From the NCBI GenBank assembly GCA_965644295.1, contig CBFFRP010000419.1:186001-250000 (forward strand): DNA of 64,000 nucleotides, written 5' to 3'. Below the pieces are notes generated by a model, which saw nothing but the letters and a program-made list of their open reading frames with translations, ran no database searches and was not told where the DNA came from. This document shows positions 25,954-40,002 of this stretch, piece by piece. Positions within the stretch are counted from its first letter, which is position 1. Every line of letters starts with the position of its first letter. A program made the position numbers and the translations under genes. The stretch comes from Paraphysomonas bandaiensis (Eukaryota > Protista > Chrysophyceae).

Positions 25954-26457
25954 ATCAGACCAAACATGAGTCGAATAAAGTCAAATTTAGCCAGGAATAC
26001 CAAAGCACTATATTAATGTTGGTGACTGATGTGTTGACAATGACATTACTACAACATCAAAACCTTACTATTTCCCCTGTTATATAATTCAGGGAGTGCT
26101 GTGCATTACGCACTCAGTTTAGTCACCTATTAATAGTAGGGAAAACATGAATGGATTTCTCATTTCTCATATCCATTTAAAATTTAAATATGATCATTGC
26201 TAGATGTTCTAACAAACTTGTTTTAAGGTTGGGAAATGATTGTTACACAACCGCAATTTTGCTCAGTTAATCGGAGTTCGATATTATTATGTTTAGTACA
26301 TACAAGATGTCAACATGAAATCTGCAGACCACCACACAACTGTACACTATGTATAAGTAGTCATATGTAATTGAGTACGCTCGTACAAACTAACTGATAA
26401 TGTCAAAATAATAGTGTTACATTTATTACTGTGCTAGAATGAAATCATCCAAGGTTA

Positions 26458-27030
26458 CTACAACCCGAGGCTAATTAGCCACTTCTTCAAACGCAAACAG
26501 TAATTTCCATCGACTTCTAGCCTTCCTGTGCAGATACGCACTTCCTTTCCGTCGCAAACTTTTGACATTTCGTCTCTCAATACCTAATATCAATAAATCA
26601 AGTATAGAATGGCACAAAATAGAGCACTACTCACATGCACATCTCCTCCACACCTACGGAGCAGGGTGACCACCTTAGTTCTGCCATTCTTAATATCGGT
26701 GTAGACAGGAAGTGAGTTGCCGACTATCGTGCGATCGACCTATCGCAAAAAAGGTAAGCATAGTAAAGGTGACTACGATACATCACTGACAGTGAAGGGG
26801 TAGTCTGGGCTTGTATCAGGCTTTTTACTCCAACCAGCTTCCGTGATCATCGAAGACTCATGTACAGGGGGAAACTTCAATCCTAACGATGTAAAATCAA
26901 TATCTGAAGGGTATGGAGGTCTTTGAGAAGCATGGATGACGGGAAATGACTTCTTATCCTTTCGCAATTTAGGAGGAGCCCCTCTTCTGGGCAGTAGTTT
27001 AGACAGAGAAATAGCTGGCCTTCTAAACAT
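26458..27030 (-). CDS. MRPL49: Mitochondrial ribosomal protein mL49 (Img2), 3 exons
   Basis: Presequence MFRRPAISLSK, then spliced YPFT|VDRT.VGNSLPVYTDIKNGRTKVVTLLRRCGGDVH|...LEVDGNY...LKKWLISLGL*. Confidence 0.88.
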
Positions 27031-27422
27031 TTGTATCGATAATTATCACTACAGCAGTGCCTGTAATAAGAATGAAATTTAATTAATAATTGAAATAATA
27101 AGGCAATTCACTGGCAGAGATAATAAATCTGATGATAGGTTCTTGCTATGAGCTTATGTTAGTGGAGTGCACCTGTAATTAACCATACCCATACAACATA
27201 CACGTATAATATATTGTATGTACTGCAGAACTCCATATATATAACCTCCAGTATGACAAGTTATACAGCAGTATACGTATATGCACCCACCAGTCGCAAC
27301 ACACAAAGGAATGTCACTCACGAGCAGCAGCATTGTAGCACACACAACACCACATCCAACATCACATATTTTGTCCTCAAAAAAACACTTTCGTAAAAAA
27401 AGCTGACGGAATTGTCTCGGAA

Positions 27423-30400
27423 ATGGCTAATTATAGTACTACAATCGTACGCATGCTACCAAAAGCACAGAATATATGGGGCGGAAATTCTGTAAAATTG
27501 CTTATGAAGGTCTTGTGTATGGTGCAGTGTGTGTATCCCGTCATATCGTATCCCATCATACACTGTACAAGTCTGACAATGATATGATTCATAGTACTCC
27601 ATAATTAATAGACAGATTGTTAGCTACCTCTGTCGATACTAGTTGAAGGAGATATCTATCTCCTGCCTATTTGAGCAATTGGTAGAATTAACGTGAGTGG
27701 GATAGTCCGGATATTTGACGTAGTTGATATTTGCACAGGTAATAGTGTAATATGACTCAAGAAATCCCCGTTACCATCGAATGGTTTGAGTCAAATTGTT
27801 CTTTGCTAGAAAAAAATCTCTCTGTTGGTATGAATGGTGCTCTATAGTTATAATAGTGTTATATATGTCCCCATAGATTTAAGCGACCCTGTCAGTCATT
27901 TAGGAGTACTGAGAACATGGGTTGATTGGGTCGAGGTAATATTAACACCTTATTCGTCCGTCTTATTTACGTGTATGACTTTCATTGTAGGGAAATAGTG
28001 ATAGTCAGGAGTGTGTTGTGTATTTTTACGATGTTTCTTTACTAAAAATCGTGACCTCATTACTGACTAGAAAATATCAAAACAACGATACTCACATTGC
28101 TGCTGTGAAAGATTTTTTATTCTATGTGTCGGCTAGTTTAGGTAAACAGTTACTGGAGTATGGCGAGGTAAGCTTTTTCGTGAATTGTTTGATAAGCACT
28201 AATAAATTGCGTAGTATGTCACTGAGATCCTACTCGTACTTTTTAACCCACGGCAGCCATTCTATCTGAAGTATGGCTATCCTGAGGTGAGAGGTACACA
28301 TAGCGTGCGTCCGATATTGATGAATATATATACAGCACAGTTCTGTAGACTCACAGCAGGCTTTGGCGAATACCTCGAAGAATGTGAGGTGGCAGGAAAG
28401 TCTGGGAGTAGGAGACTGCATAGACGGGTTAGCCCCAGGTGGCATGTGGGAAATCGTAATCATAGATGAGGTGTCCCCCGTCGGCACAGAGTTCTATGTG
28501 ACATGGTCCTCCGGTGAACAAGAGTGGCTATCGGCTGACAACCTTAACCGGGTGGCCAGGTTTGGCACACGGACTGGTGTGTATTCAGGAGAAGGGTCCC
28601 CTCCTCCCCCCCCTCCCGTTAATACGGGGCCTGATGAGAGCTCCACGATGGCCTCCTGGAGAGCCAGAGTGCAGTGTGGGGACCTTATAGATGCAAAGGA
28701 CAAGACCGGTATTTGGTATCAGGCTTGTGTCATGGAGACTAGGGAAGTGGAATGCAGAATGGAGGAGGAAGAGAAAGCTAATGCCAACACTGCGAAAACT
28801 GGTGACCGTGTCCTGGATGTGGAGCGAGAGGCAGTGGAAATAATGAAGGAAGAACTTTTTGCAATGCAAGCCAAAAATGCACAAGATATTGCTACTCCAG
28901 GACCAAGTTATGCTGGCGGGGCAGTGTCTAACGCTGACTTACCCCCTCCTGTTCCTGATCGAGAGGGTAAATATGAGAACAATGGTGGCAGCCCAGTGGA
29001 CATCACCCCTCCGCCCCCCCCTTCTTCCTCACCCATGCTAGTGTCTGATATAGTTATAAAAACTTATGCTCGGGTAGCATACTTGGGATGGTTAGAGTGG
29101 TCTGATGACTGGATCGACCTCAGTGCAGAGGCTGGGCGGGTGGCTCCTCTTAACACATTCTCTCATGGGGCAAGGGGCGAATACTTTGTAAGAGAGGAGA
29201 TAAAGCATGTGGCTGGTTTATGGGAGAAGCGTGCAGCATCTGTGGACCCGGATATGGATGGAAATATATGTTTTGCCTTTTCCTGCTGTCCCGCATTAGT
29301 GTCTCCTGTGTTTGCAGATATGGTGCAGCGCTTCGGAGAAGGCAGGGGTTTTTTCCATATGCTTCTCCTTTTGAGGAACCAGCAACAGGTGTCACTGGCG
29401 TGTTTATTAAAGCTCCTTATCTGCATTGGAGGAACTGCTGAGGTTCTGTCTCACCAATTGCTCAAAGGAAATGTTAGTGATGGCGGGTTGCAGGGAGACG
29501 GATCGTTTTGTGGAAATTTTTGCCACGAATTCATTGTTGCAGGACGTGAATCTCTGACAATTTTGCTGACTTCGCAGTCCCATCTCAGATCGACTAACAC
29601 TGATGTGATAGAGCAAGTGCTTCTTGCTATGGAGAGTATTATGATGGCAACTATTCCTGACCGCATGCAATCCGCGCAGCAGCTTGATCTGATCTGGTTC
29701 ACCATGAGCCGTAGCTGCATACGCTCCCCGTACCTCAATAGGCGACTGGGTGGGCTCAAAATGCTAACTGACCTTGTACAGCGGTCTGAAACTCACAGTC
29801 AACATCCGTCAGGCATTCGTATAACTCGAAGTCCAGCCCCAACATCTAGTGGCACTGTCACAACTGGACCTGGACTGGAGATGGTGTCATACACTGTTGT
29901 GAGGCCCTGCTCATATGACCCTGAAAGCCTGTGCAAAGTAATTGCCGAACATGTCATCATACCATCATTGTTTGTTGGAGAGACTGCCCATGAGGCTCTA
30001 ATGCAACGAAGCACTGAAATTCTTAAGTTTATGGCACGGCATAGACATTTTGGTGAAAGTGATGTGCGTTTGCTTTGGGAAACAGGGTATGGAAACAAGG
30101 TTGCTCCTGCACTCCAGGCCCTTGGTGATCTTGTCCCGAAAGCCCTTGATACCTCTGCACTCTCTGTTTTGGCACAGGAGATCGATGCCATTCCCAGCAA
30201 AGAGGTTACTCCTGCGATAGTCGATATGCTTGCTGCTATTGCAATGAGGTGTCGGGATGTTCTCATGAGGACTTGTCCGGCTACGAACGAGGCCAACATA
30301 AATGCTACACCCCCATCTGATAGCTGTAGCATCAGTAACGCTTCGGATACAACAATCGCGATGTTGTTGCATGATCAGTGTCTGCGCATCTTGTGGGGAT

Positions 30401-33400
30401 GGGCTGAGGATGGGGCAGGGGTCCTGGATGATGTATTCAGCAAATGTGTTTCCAAGATAGAGGCAGTGTTGGAGTTGGGATGTAGCCAAGGAGTCGCTTT
30501 GGGGGCAGGGAACAACTTTCCTTGGTCCATGCAGTGGGAGAGAGGCCACAATATACTTGATTATGCTGTAACCGCAATCAAGAGAGGAAAGTCTGTGAAC
30601 TTGGCGATAAAAACTATTAGGGCATCTGTACTAGCGTGGTTAAAAGATGATTCGGATATATTTGACTTATCTTGCGAAGGAACGACTTTGCCGTTCACAC
30701 AACCCCTCCGCTGCAAGGTGGCAGAGTATTTGGAAGGCGAGTTTGGCATATTGGAGGCTGTGACTACAGTTGTCATACATCTCAAGAAACTTTTTAATGA
30801 AGTTTCCCGAGATATTGCAAGACAAGCTCATGACTGTGGAAACTCCACATCGATTGCACAGCTTCATGCGGCGCTGAATGAAATGCGTGTTGGGGACTCC
30901 CGAAATGGATATAAGTCGCAGCTCGAAGCATGTTTTGATTTCATTCACTTCTTTTTGCGCTGTTCTTCAGAAATATGTCTGGGCTTTGATGCTATTCAGG
31001 ATATATGGAATATGGTGCTATTAAAAGCCGTGACACCCCAAGAACGAGACCTGGTGTTCGGATTTCTCTCCCGACTGCTTGTCAATCGGGCGGGACTGCG
31101 CCAACAATCTACCCGCAGCAGCGCACTTGGTAACATTGGGATGGAGGAGAAAGTCGACAGTGGTAGAGAAGGCTCCAGCGTCACTCATATTGCATCGAAG
31201 TTTCAACGTCGTGTATGCTTCTGTGCCACGGATACTGTGGGAGATATATTTCGAGGCTTGCTCTGTCGAGATGAATTCATCAGCAGTGAACACTTAAGCC
31301 CGCAGGGATTCCTGTGCATGGAGAAGTTCTTCAGGTGGATATGTTCTTCCAAGGGATATATAACGGACCTATCGGTGGGTGTTGTAAAACACTTTATATA
31401 TAATGTTGTAATTGTATTGTGCTCACAGGGAAAGGACGGTGGATTTGTGTTACATAAGTCCTTGTCAATGATTGATGAGTGGGAAGTATTTCTTAAGGTA
31501 ATTTAATGAGTGCTGAATGTAAGACGTAGTTCAATATTTTTGTGTTATGTAGGTTTTAATGATGTGTCGGGATGACAAGGTGGCCAGCTCAGCGGTTAAG
31601 TTTCTTACAATGTTTCCGCAGCGGTTAGCGGACCATCTTGTGTGGGAGGGCGACCTAGAGTCAGTGCGGCATATGATGCTCAGTAGGTGCATGTCTGAGT
31701 TAGGAGATCTTAGGAATGAGACAATGTCTTCATTTGAGGGAGATGGATCAGTTGATATTGTAATAGCAGACAAAAAAAGGCTATACCGTACTCTCATGTT
31801 TCTTAATGCTATCCTCGACGAATCAATGGCTGATGCAGGCCGTCGGGTGAAGCCTCACTCTGGCCATTATATGAGTAAGACACTAACAGTCAGGATACAA
31901 GGTGGGCAGAAGGGCAATAGCACCGTGACAGTCAACTCGAACGACTCCGTAGAGGACTTCATGCATCAGGTGGCAAGTGCTGTTGACAAGCAGCTTTCTC
32001 AGGTAAAGCTCTTCCGTAACGGCGCTGAAATGGTGGTGGGGAGCTGTCGGCGCACAGTTCAGCAAATAGGGCTAAGCTCAAATGAAGTAATCCTTGTGGC
32101 AGAGAGGCCAGCTCCAGCACAGAAACAGAATACTGAACGGGATACTACTGACACAGATACGGCCTCGCTCCCCACATCGAGTAAACCGTATCAATGTTCG
32201 CTGAAGTCTCTACCAGCTGTTGTATTATCCAACACGCCGGAGTACCTTGAAATATTATTCTCTTTGTCTGATATCACCACTGGCTCGCTCTGTGATGACA
32301 TATGGGGCCTTATAACTCGGCTTCCAACATCTCCATGTGTGCTGCAAGGGTGGCGGGATGTGATTTCTGGGTCCTGCGATACAAATTCATCATCCAGAAT
32401 GCCGATAGATTTGTTTGGGCTACACTCTGACAGCTTGTCCTGCTCCGCCACAGTTAGCGGAAAAAGAATTCGCGTAACGAAGAGCCTTTCTCGCCTTCTT
32501 TACAACATGCAAGTGGTTGCCCTTTTTCTTCACGCTGATTCAGATGATAGCACGCCGATGTGCACTGAAGAGGAAGACAATAACTGGGTGACAATGTTTT
32601 TTGCAATGGGAGGTGTTGTAGCCGTAGCGGATGCCATCGGATATATATCTTTTCAGCTGGATCGGTACCTTGAGCGTGAAAGTGTGTACCCCTGTTGTGG
32701 AGTGACACCTAAGCTTCTATTATGCGCGAGTAATCTCGCAACGAAGATGTTCCGTAGCATCATGATTCGAAATGCTGTATGTTTTCGTGGTGATTTCGTA
32801 ATTCAGCTACATGACTTGCTGAAGGTTATTACCCGTCAAGGGAAGAATATTTCTTCAAACAAAAATAGTGCACCCATATCTGTAAATGCGAATGCGAATT
32901 TCTCTGGGCCAACTAGCGCTGGTGTTTGCGAAGAAGATAGCGCCAGCGAAGTGGTCGTATGCGGTGACTCGGAAGATGCCTGTTTAGTACAGCGCACACA
33001 GGATGAGATATTTGCCTCGGAATGGGGGAATAGACTGAACTTGTGTCTTAGTATGAGCACTGATGATCCTGTCGGGGGCGCTGTGAATCTATGTGAGATT
33101 CAGCATCTTGTATGTCGACTCTTGTATTCATGGAGACAATTCAGCTTAGAATCTACATTCTACCTAGACGACTCCTGTGGTGCTGTGCTATCCCAGCGAC
33201 AGGCTGTGCAGGCGGCACAAGATGAACACCTCAATGTCCTCTGCAACTGTTTCGTTATATGGTTATCGGCTGTGACGCTGAATCCTGACGTGGTGTATAG
33301 TGTGGTATACAAGGACAATGAAGAGGATGGGAAAAGTGGAGAGAGTCCAACACTTGTGCCGAGCACTACCTTTCTAAAGTCGCTTCTGATAGGCTATCAG

Positions 33401-36400
33401 TTGTTGGACCTCAAGCCGGACAGTGTCATGAAGAAGTCTTACCTGGCGTCTCTCACTAGTACTGTGGCAGTGGAAGGCATTTTTGCTGTTGTGCGAATGT
33501 CTTTCTTCTGCGGCGAAAGGAGGCAAGATATACGTAACTGCGGATCATCACTCTCTCCCTGTGAGCACCTCTTGGGTACCCTTATGCGTGCTATACTTCA
33601 CCTCAAACCATCTATATTCGTGCGTGAAGCAGATGAGGACGTGCGGACCGCGCCGGAGGGAATGGAATTATCAGCTGACGCTCTATTTGCTCTATCATCT
33701 CGTCTGATGTCTTTACGCCCCGCAGTTGGATTGGGTGTACCTCAAGAAGGGGTGCTGAATATATGTGAAGGTATCTTCTCGGAGCTCAACAGGGCTGTGT
33801 TTGTCTTCAGTCATGCCAAACGCCCGTGTAGTGCTTTGTACAAGGTTACATCGGGTCTGCGGTATATCAGTGGGACCATCGGTTTGTTGGTGAACCTGGC
33901 ATCTGAACAGCCCAGTGTTCTCTCTGCACTTTACGAAAGCGGAATTGTGCGCTTTGTGATATTTTCCTGTGTTGGTATTGTACCTCGCCATGAAATCACA
34001 CTGAACGTACTCTGTGATAATGCAGATAGTGGGTGAGTAGTATATGATGCCGTGATGTGCATTATGAGTTAATGATATGCAGGCGGCAAGCATACAATGC
34101 TCTGCGGATGTACTTCTCAAACACCAGAATTGTCCAGAGCATCGCAGACACCGTCCATGATGCTCATGCTACATTGGATATTCCGTCGGAGTGGTTCTTT
34201 AATCCTGAGCGTGACATGCGGTCAAACACTGGATATGTAGGACTGAAAAATATGGGCTGCACTTGTTACATGAACAGGTAGTACTCATACCACACTTATA
34301 TCATCGGATAACTGTTTTCCATGTAGTCTGTTGCAAATATTGTACATGATGCCCAGTGTACGTCGAGGCATCCTTCAGGCGAAAACGACAGAGGATGAGG
34401 AAGCGCAGCGTGACGACCTCGTATATCAGCTAAAGAACATGTTTGGGTTCTTGAGGCACAGTACCCGTCGAGCATTTAGTCCTGACAGCTGGGTATATGC
34501 CTACAAAGACGAGACCGGCCTCGCGCCAATTAACGTCGTTCAGCAGCAGGATGCCCAGGAGTTTTTACAAGTACTTTGTGAAAGGGTGGAAGGGGTGCTG
34601 CTCGTGAAAAATGACCAGGGGTCGGCGCCCCTGATGCAATGTGCATTCGGGGGCAGATTATGCGATCAGATGCTCAAAAATGACGGGGATGGGTTTCCCT
34701 CCGATGTGCGAGAGAAAGAAGAGGAATTTGTATGCATATCCCTGGATGTGAGGGGCACGAAGGGATTGGAAAACAGTCTCAATAAGTTTGTGTCAGGAGA
34801 AACAATATCTGATTTCTTATGGGAGGAAGGTCATCCGCGTGTGAATATTATCAAGAGGCAGTGTCTAAGTGAGTTATCTGACAGTGTGATATTTCACTTG
34901 AAGCGTTTTGAGCTGAATTTCGACACCTTTCTTCGGGAAAAAGTGAACGATGAATTTCCCTTTCCGTCATCCTTAGACCTTTTTCCATATAGCAAAGAGG
35001 GACTGGCAGGTGTCCCTCTAAATCAGTCGGAGAAGCCTGAGGGCTACTACCAGTTCGAACTTAGCGCAGTTGTAGTGCACACTGGCACGACCGACTCCGG
35101 CCACTACTTTTCTTATATAAGAGAGAGTGTTGAGGATGCCAAAGAAAGGCAGTGGAGGGAGGCACAATGTTTTGGTACTGAGGTCGTGCCAAACGATGAG
35201 GTCGAACGGCGCTGGATTGAGTTCGATGATTCTGAGGTTCGACCGTTTTCCGATGTCAATATCCCTGCAGAGTGCTTTGGTGGGACCACAATGCAGCATG
35301 AGTATGTCGTCTCCAGTCAAACGTGGTCATTCAACAACATCCCTAATCCAAAGAGCGCCTACATGCTAGTTTACACCCGCATCAATTCCAAATTCTCTTC
35401 GCATGCTACGATGGACGATCTGCTTTCTCTCCCACCTGCACCAGTGGTTCTCGATAACCAGACACACCTTCTGTCGCATCGCGTCTACTCTTCTGCACAT
35501 ATGGAGTTTATTGCCTCACTTTACGACAAGTTGCTCGACACTTCTCAACTGCTGGTGCAAAATGAAGAGAAGAAACATTTCCTACATAATGTGCGCAGAT
35601 TTCTCTCTTTTGTCATCGATTTTGCAGCCAGATCTTCCAATCAGAGTGCCACCAAGCTGTTTGAGGACGGGTGTGACAGAATCCTTGCAGTGTTGGAGTA
35701 TCTGCAGTCATCATCAATGATCACAGATTCTGGTATGATTCAATCGAAATTGAAGAAGAGTAGTACGATGCAGAGTGCCGACTGGGCGGCCCCTTTAGAT
35801 TCAGGAGACCAGATGGATGCTGAGGGAGAGCATTCCGCTTCGTCGAACGGACGACTCCCTAGCCCTGTTACTTCTTGTGAAGATCTAGAGATGGAAGAGG
35901 GCGGAGAAGATAGTATTGGTATTATAGGAGACACAGTATGTGACGACGATGACGTCCATGTTCAGAAGTCCTATGATGCCGCATCGGCACCTCTTTTTTG
36001 TGTTGAGGTGTGCACGGCCCTGCTTTCTGACTTGCTAGTAGAGGACGGGAAGGCCATTCGCGCCCTCTTATTTGCGCCTGAAAAAAATATTCGCATGAGC
36101 TTCGCACGACTGCTGCATAAGGCTATAGTACTTCTCCTCGAAAAGGACCCAATTGCAGCCCCTAGTATTTTGAGTGTCCCTGACTACATCATGAAAACAG
36201 ACGTCATGAGCCCCTTTTCTGCTCAGGATATTCCGCAACCAACATCCACGCAGGATAGTGCGGAGCCTGCAAATGTATCTGTTTGCGTATCTCTTCTACT
36301 GCTTCTTACTCGCAATAGCCTATTCCTTGCTACGGGAGAGCAATGGCGGCGAGCGAACGCACATACCTGGCTTCTCTCCTCTCTGTCATGCCACCCACTT

Positions 36401-37558
36401 CTGTGTACTTTTTTTGTCAAGAGAGAGGTAGTCATGCAGCTTGTGGACTTGTTCTTGGCTGAATCGAGCCCACTTTGTGGTGAGCTATATCCTCCTGCTA
36501 CCCGGAAGAGGGCCCCCACCAGCTATGTCTCCCTGATTTATGACAAGGATGGCAAGCTTCCGTCCAGTGCCCAGTACATTCCAGACTGGACACACCTCAT
36601 GGAAGCCCTTGCCAACCTCGTGTGTTCCGTGGAAAACAGCACCATTCATTCCACTCAGGTTCGGAAGGAAAATGCGTCAGTGCTTGACCTCTTCAGTCGT
36701 CGCTGCGCTCGGAGCAGGATGTTAATTACCCATGCTCTGAAACAAGCAAGATACTGCCGAGATGTCAATCGCATTATAGCCCATGAAGTTCGTGACGATC
36801 TCACCTTCACTAACGATGTAGCAGAAGCACTAGTGGAGAGCATATCATTTGCCTCCAATGATGCCACGGCTCATCTATTCCGCAGTCTGGAGGCATTTTT
36901 GCTGGTTGAGGACGGATACCAAATGCATCGTGCAAGCGTACTACTTGACGGAGAAAGCGGTTTGCTGGTCCTTATGAAGAGCAACACTTTGAGCAAACCA
37001 ACTTTCGTGTGCATACTAATGCATTCACTTTTCAGTGTCGCCCTAAAAGTTCAATCTCTGCGCTCCTGCCTGTCTGTGAATCGTGCTAAGATATCTGAGT
37101 GGGCTCCATGGGTTCTCAAATTCTGTTTTCAGTTTTGCGAGAGATCACGGAAGGAAGCACAGATGCAGGAGACGTCTGATCAGACCAGATCTGGGAATAC
37201 AGGCGTAGTCAAAACGAAAACGGGACCGTTCATTGAAGTGTATGGGGAGTTGGAGGAGCATCGCACAAGCACATGGCTAGAACGGGCCGAGAGAACCTTT
37301 TTGCTGGTGCAGAGGGTGCTCCAGGAAATGGGAGAGGTACCAGACACTCTCATACCCCATGATGCTTTCGAGGAGGATTACTCTAGTCTTGGTACTACGG
37401 CAGACACCGCGATGAACCTTAACGATGATAACTTTCCTGCACTCATTGACGAAGTTCTCAGTCGTTCAGAAATGGAACACCACACAGAAATGCTTAGTCG
37501 CTCCTCAGCAACCGCTATGTCAGACGAAGACATTGCACGCTACCTGAGCAAAATGTAG
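27423..37558 (+). CDS. Large ubiquitin-specific protease, USP9X/USP24/USP34-like, multi-exon
   Basis: Cys box GYVGLKNMGCTCYMN|S (intron at about 34278-34326), QQDAQEF, His box VVHTGTTDSGHYFSYI, WIEFDD and SAYMLVY. Also SPYLNRRLGGL as in USP9X/34, a Ubl-like segment near 31880-32110 and N-terminal Tudor/MBT-like motifs. The start codon at 27423 and the first small exons are tentative. Confidence 0.88.
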
Positions 37559-37891
37559 AGTATATATTAGTGCTTTGGGACACAGCTAGTGAGTATCGAT
37601 TTATACCCTGCTGTTTGGCATGTGTTCAGTTCTTGTTTAGTCCCATATGTGGTTAGCGTTCTATTCTAATGTTTAAGAGTGTGTGTTTACTTATTACTCT
37701 CTCATTGTAGACGAACATGGGTTGTTGGGTGATGTTTTTATTCTCATCATAGCGATAACTAATAGTATCAATATAATTAATTCTGAATCTTAGTTGTGTT
37801 GCAGATTATATGAATATAAAAGCTTTATAGTATGAAGCTCAAGTAGCAAAATTTTATACCAGCTCATCATGTTGTGTTATGTGATAACTAC

Positions 37892-38525
37892 CAGGGCTGC
37901 GTAACTACTAATTGAATCTCAATAAATTGTAATTGCATAGAATATACGTCATAATTGCAACTATAATTGCTCGCTGGAAGGTTGCAATTACTTGACAATT
38001 ATTTACTATATAGTCTAAGGACATAATATTTGAATTAGAAGTTGGTAAACATTAAGGACGTTGGCCACCTATTGTCCTTAATGTCCATCAACCTTCATGG
38101 ATATTATAAGGCTATTATAATGGGAAGGTTGGCCTCTCATTATAAATTTCTTTACCTTTTGAAAGCTACTGTTTGTTTGAATGGTCGATTACATGTCTTT
38201 CCTCTCGATCTTGAGCTACAAGACTAAGTTCAGCTCGATCCATAGCGTAATACCCTTCTAGTTTGAAGATAATCTCTAAGTTGTTTGACAATCATGTTCT
38301 TACCGACCTGTCTTACAGGACACTGCACGATTGAAGTTCTTGCGCTTTAATAGACTTCTGTGGAATGCAAGTACAGTTGAAGATGCTATTTGAGCATGTA
38401 ACAACTAATTTAATTATACAATAATTGGCAATTAAATAGCGATTATAATTGCGTGAGCTATAACTAGTAATTGCTATTTAATTGGTAAAAGACATTACAT
38501 TGCAATTATTTGTTACCGAGCCCTG
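37892..38525. mobile_element. Non-autonomous hAT element (634 bp)
   Basis: TIRs CAGGGCTGCGTAAC and CAGGGCTCGGTAAC (12/14). 8-bp TSD ATAACTAC (37884-37891) and ATAACTAT (38526-38533). Confidence 0.85.
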
Positions 38526-38685
38526 ATAACTATGCGTAAGGCGGCGTGGGGAAAAAGCTCCGGGAGTGTATGATCCGTCTGTGAAGATTGCTTGGTAAGT
38601 ATCAGGGTCGACATCGTAACACACTATGATATTATATATATGCTGCATGCAAGTATCAAGCACCGAGGTCACCGAAAGAGCACGA

Positions 38686-38845
38686 CTTAGTAACTACCGC
38701 AGCTTGCTTCATATCGAAGCACAATCTGATATTGTTGAGAGGCTCTTTAGTCGTGCAAAGTTGATTATAACACCTGAGTGTCGAAACATATGAATCCAAT
38801 GACATTCCTACGAGCCAATTACATGCTCTGGAATGCTAATACCTT
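38686..38845 (+). pseudogene. hAT transposase C-terminal dimerisation-domain remnant
   Basis: Translates as NYRSLLHIEAQSDIVERLFSRAKLIITPECR, then after a frameshift HMNPMTFLRANYMLWNA, matching the hAT S..VERLFS motif. Confidence 0.8.
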
Positions 38846-39219
38846 TCATATATATGAAGCCTTGCAAGAAGATCCTGCTGTGCCAGTGGAAGACGAGAAG
38901 AATGATGATGATGTGTAGAAGATAGTTTTTGTTGGAGCCGAATATTGAATGTCTATATTGTCCTGGTGCTAAAGTGAGCGTTACCGATTCAGGTAAAAAC
39001 ACTTTTTAGATAAAATGGGATGAACTACTTTATTTACTACAATTCAAGGTTAATGAGAAGATTACTTGTCTTAATGACATAGTATAGACGTATAGACATA
39101 TATTGGCGCAAAACAAATCTCATGGATATTAGCACACCATTTACGCACTGTCAGAAATATGTGGGACTCCTAGTAGCGTACTACGTACATCAACATTTTT
39201 ACAAACAACATATATAACA

Positions 39220-40002
39220 TCAATTTTTCGCTCCAGATTTTTTTTTTAATAATAGCTCTCTCTCTTTTTCTTCTTTCTCACGTGCTTCCCTTTCAATTTG
39301 TTCCACCATGTCCCCCTTTCTCTGAAGGATCTTTCCCAAGACCTCATTGGTACGGGATGTGGTTGGGGAAACATAGTGTTGTCCACCTATCTGCCTCGCT
39401 TCCCTCACGAGTTGCAAAGCCTGCTCCCGATTACCCTTTGATATTGATTGAACAGCCGCCGCTCGGTACACCTGCGTATTCACTTGTCCACAATGTAAAC
39501 CAGCCCTTTCCAATTCGATCGCCCTAAGGTTAGTTTCTAGGGCAGAACGTGAATCCCCAGTTATATTCTGCAACTTGGCAATGTTACGAAGGTTCATAGG
39601 AATTTCTGGACGAAGGTCACGTGCGCGCCGCGCATGCTCAAATGCCTCCCTGTAGTGCCCCTGCCTAGCATGCAGCGCACCCAAATTCATGTGAAGTGTG
39701 GGTTGTTCATCAACCAAAATCGTAGCCTTTTTAAGCTCCTTAGCTCCACGCGACGGATCGCCTTGTTTGGCCATATGCAACGCCAAATCATTTCGGATCA
39801 TGACATCTCCAGGAGAGCAATCTACAGCCCGCCGATAGTGGTGCATCGCTCTGTCGTTATTACCCTCTGATGCTACAATAGCTGCCAGATACTGATTGTA
39901 TTTCGGCATTGTCGGGTTGGATTGCAGTTTATTCTCGTAAAAATCAACTGCAAATTGTGTGTGCGCATTTCGAGTGCGTTTACTCTGTTGGTTAACACTC
40001 AT
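39220..40002 (-). CDS. TPR-repeat protein (260 aa, intronless)
   Basis: Several TPR-like helices (AMHHYRRAVDCSP, LHMNLGALHARQGHYREAFEHARRARDLRP) and a C-terminal coiled coil. Confidence 0.8.
   Translation of the reverse strand: MSVNQQSKRTRNAHTQFAVDFYENKLQSNPTMPKYNQYLAAIVASEGNNDRAMHHYRRAVDCSPGDVMIRNDLALHMAKQGDPSRGAKELKKATILVDEQPTLHMNLGALHARQGHYREAFEHARRARDLRPEIPMNLRNIAKLQNITGDSRSALETNLRAIELERAGLHCGQVNTQVYRAAAVQSISKGNREQALQLVREARQIGGQHYVSPTTSRTNEVLGKILQRKGDMVEQIEREAREKEEKERELLLKKKSGAKN

Noticed and set aside
1071-27030. Functional cluster of mitochondrial genes (Hsp70, bS6m, mL49)
   Set aside because: They are interspersed with unrelated genes, and three in a gene-dense window is compatible with chance.
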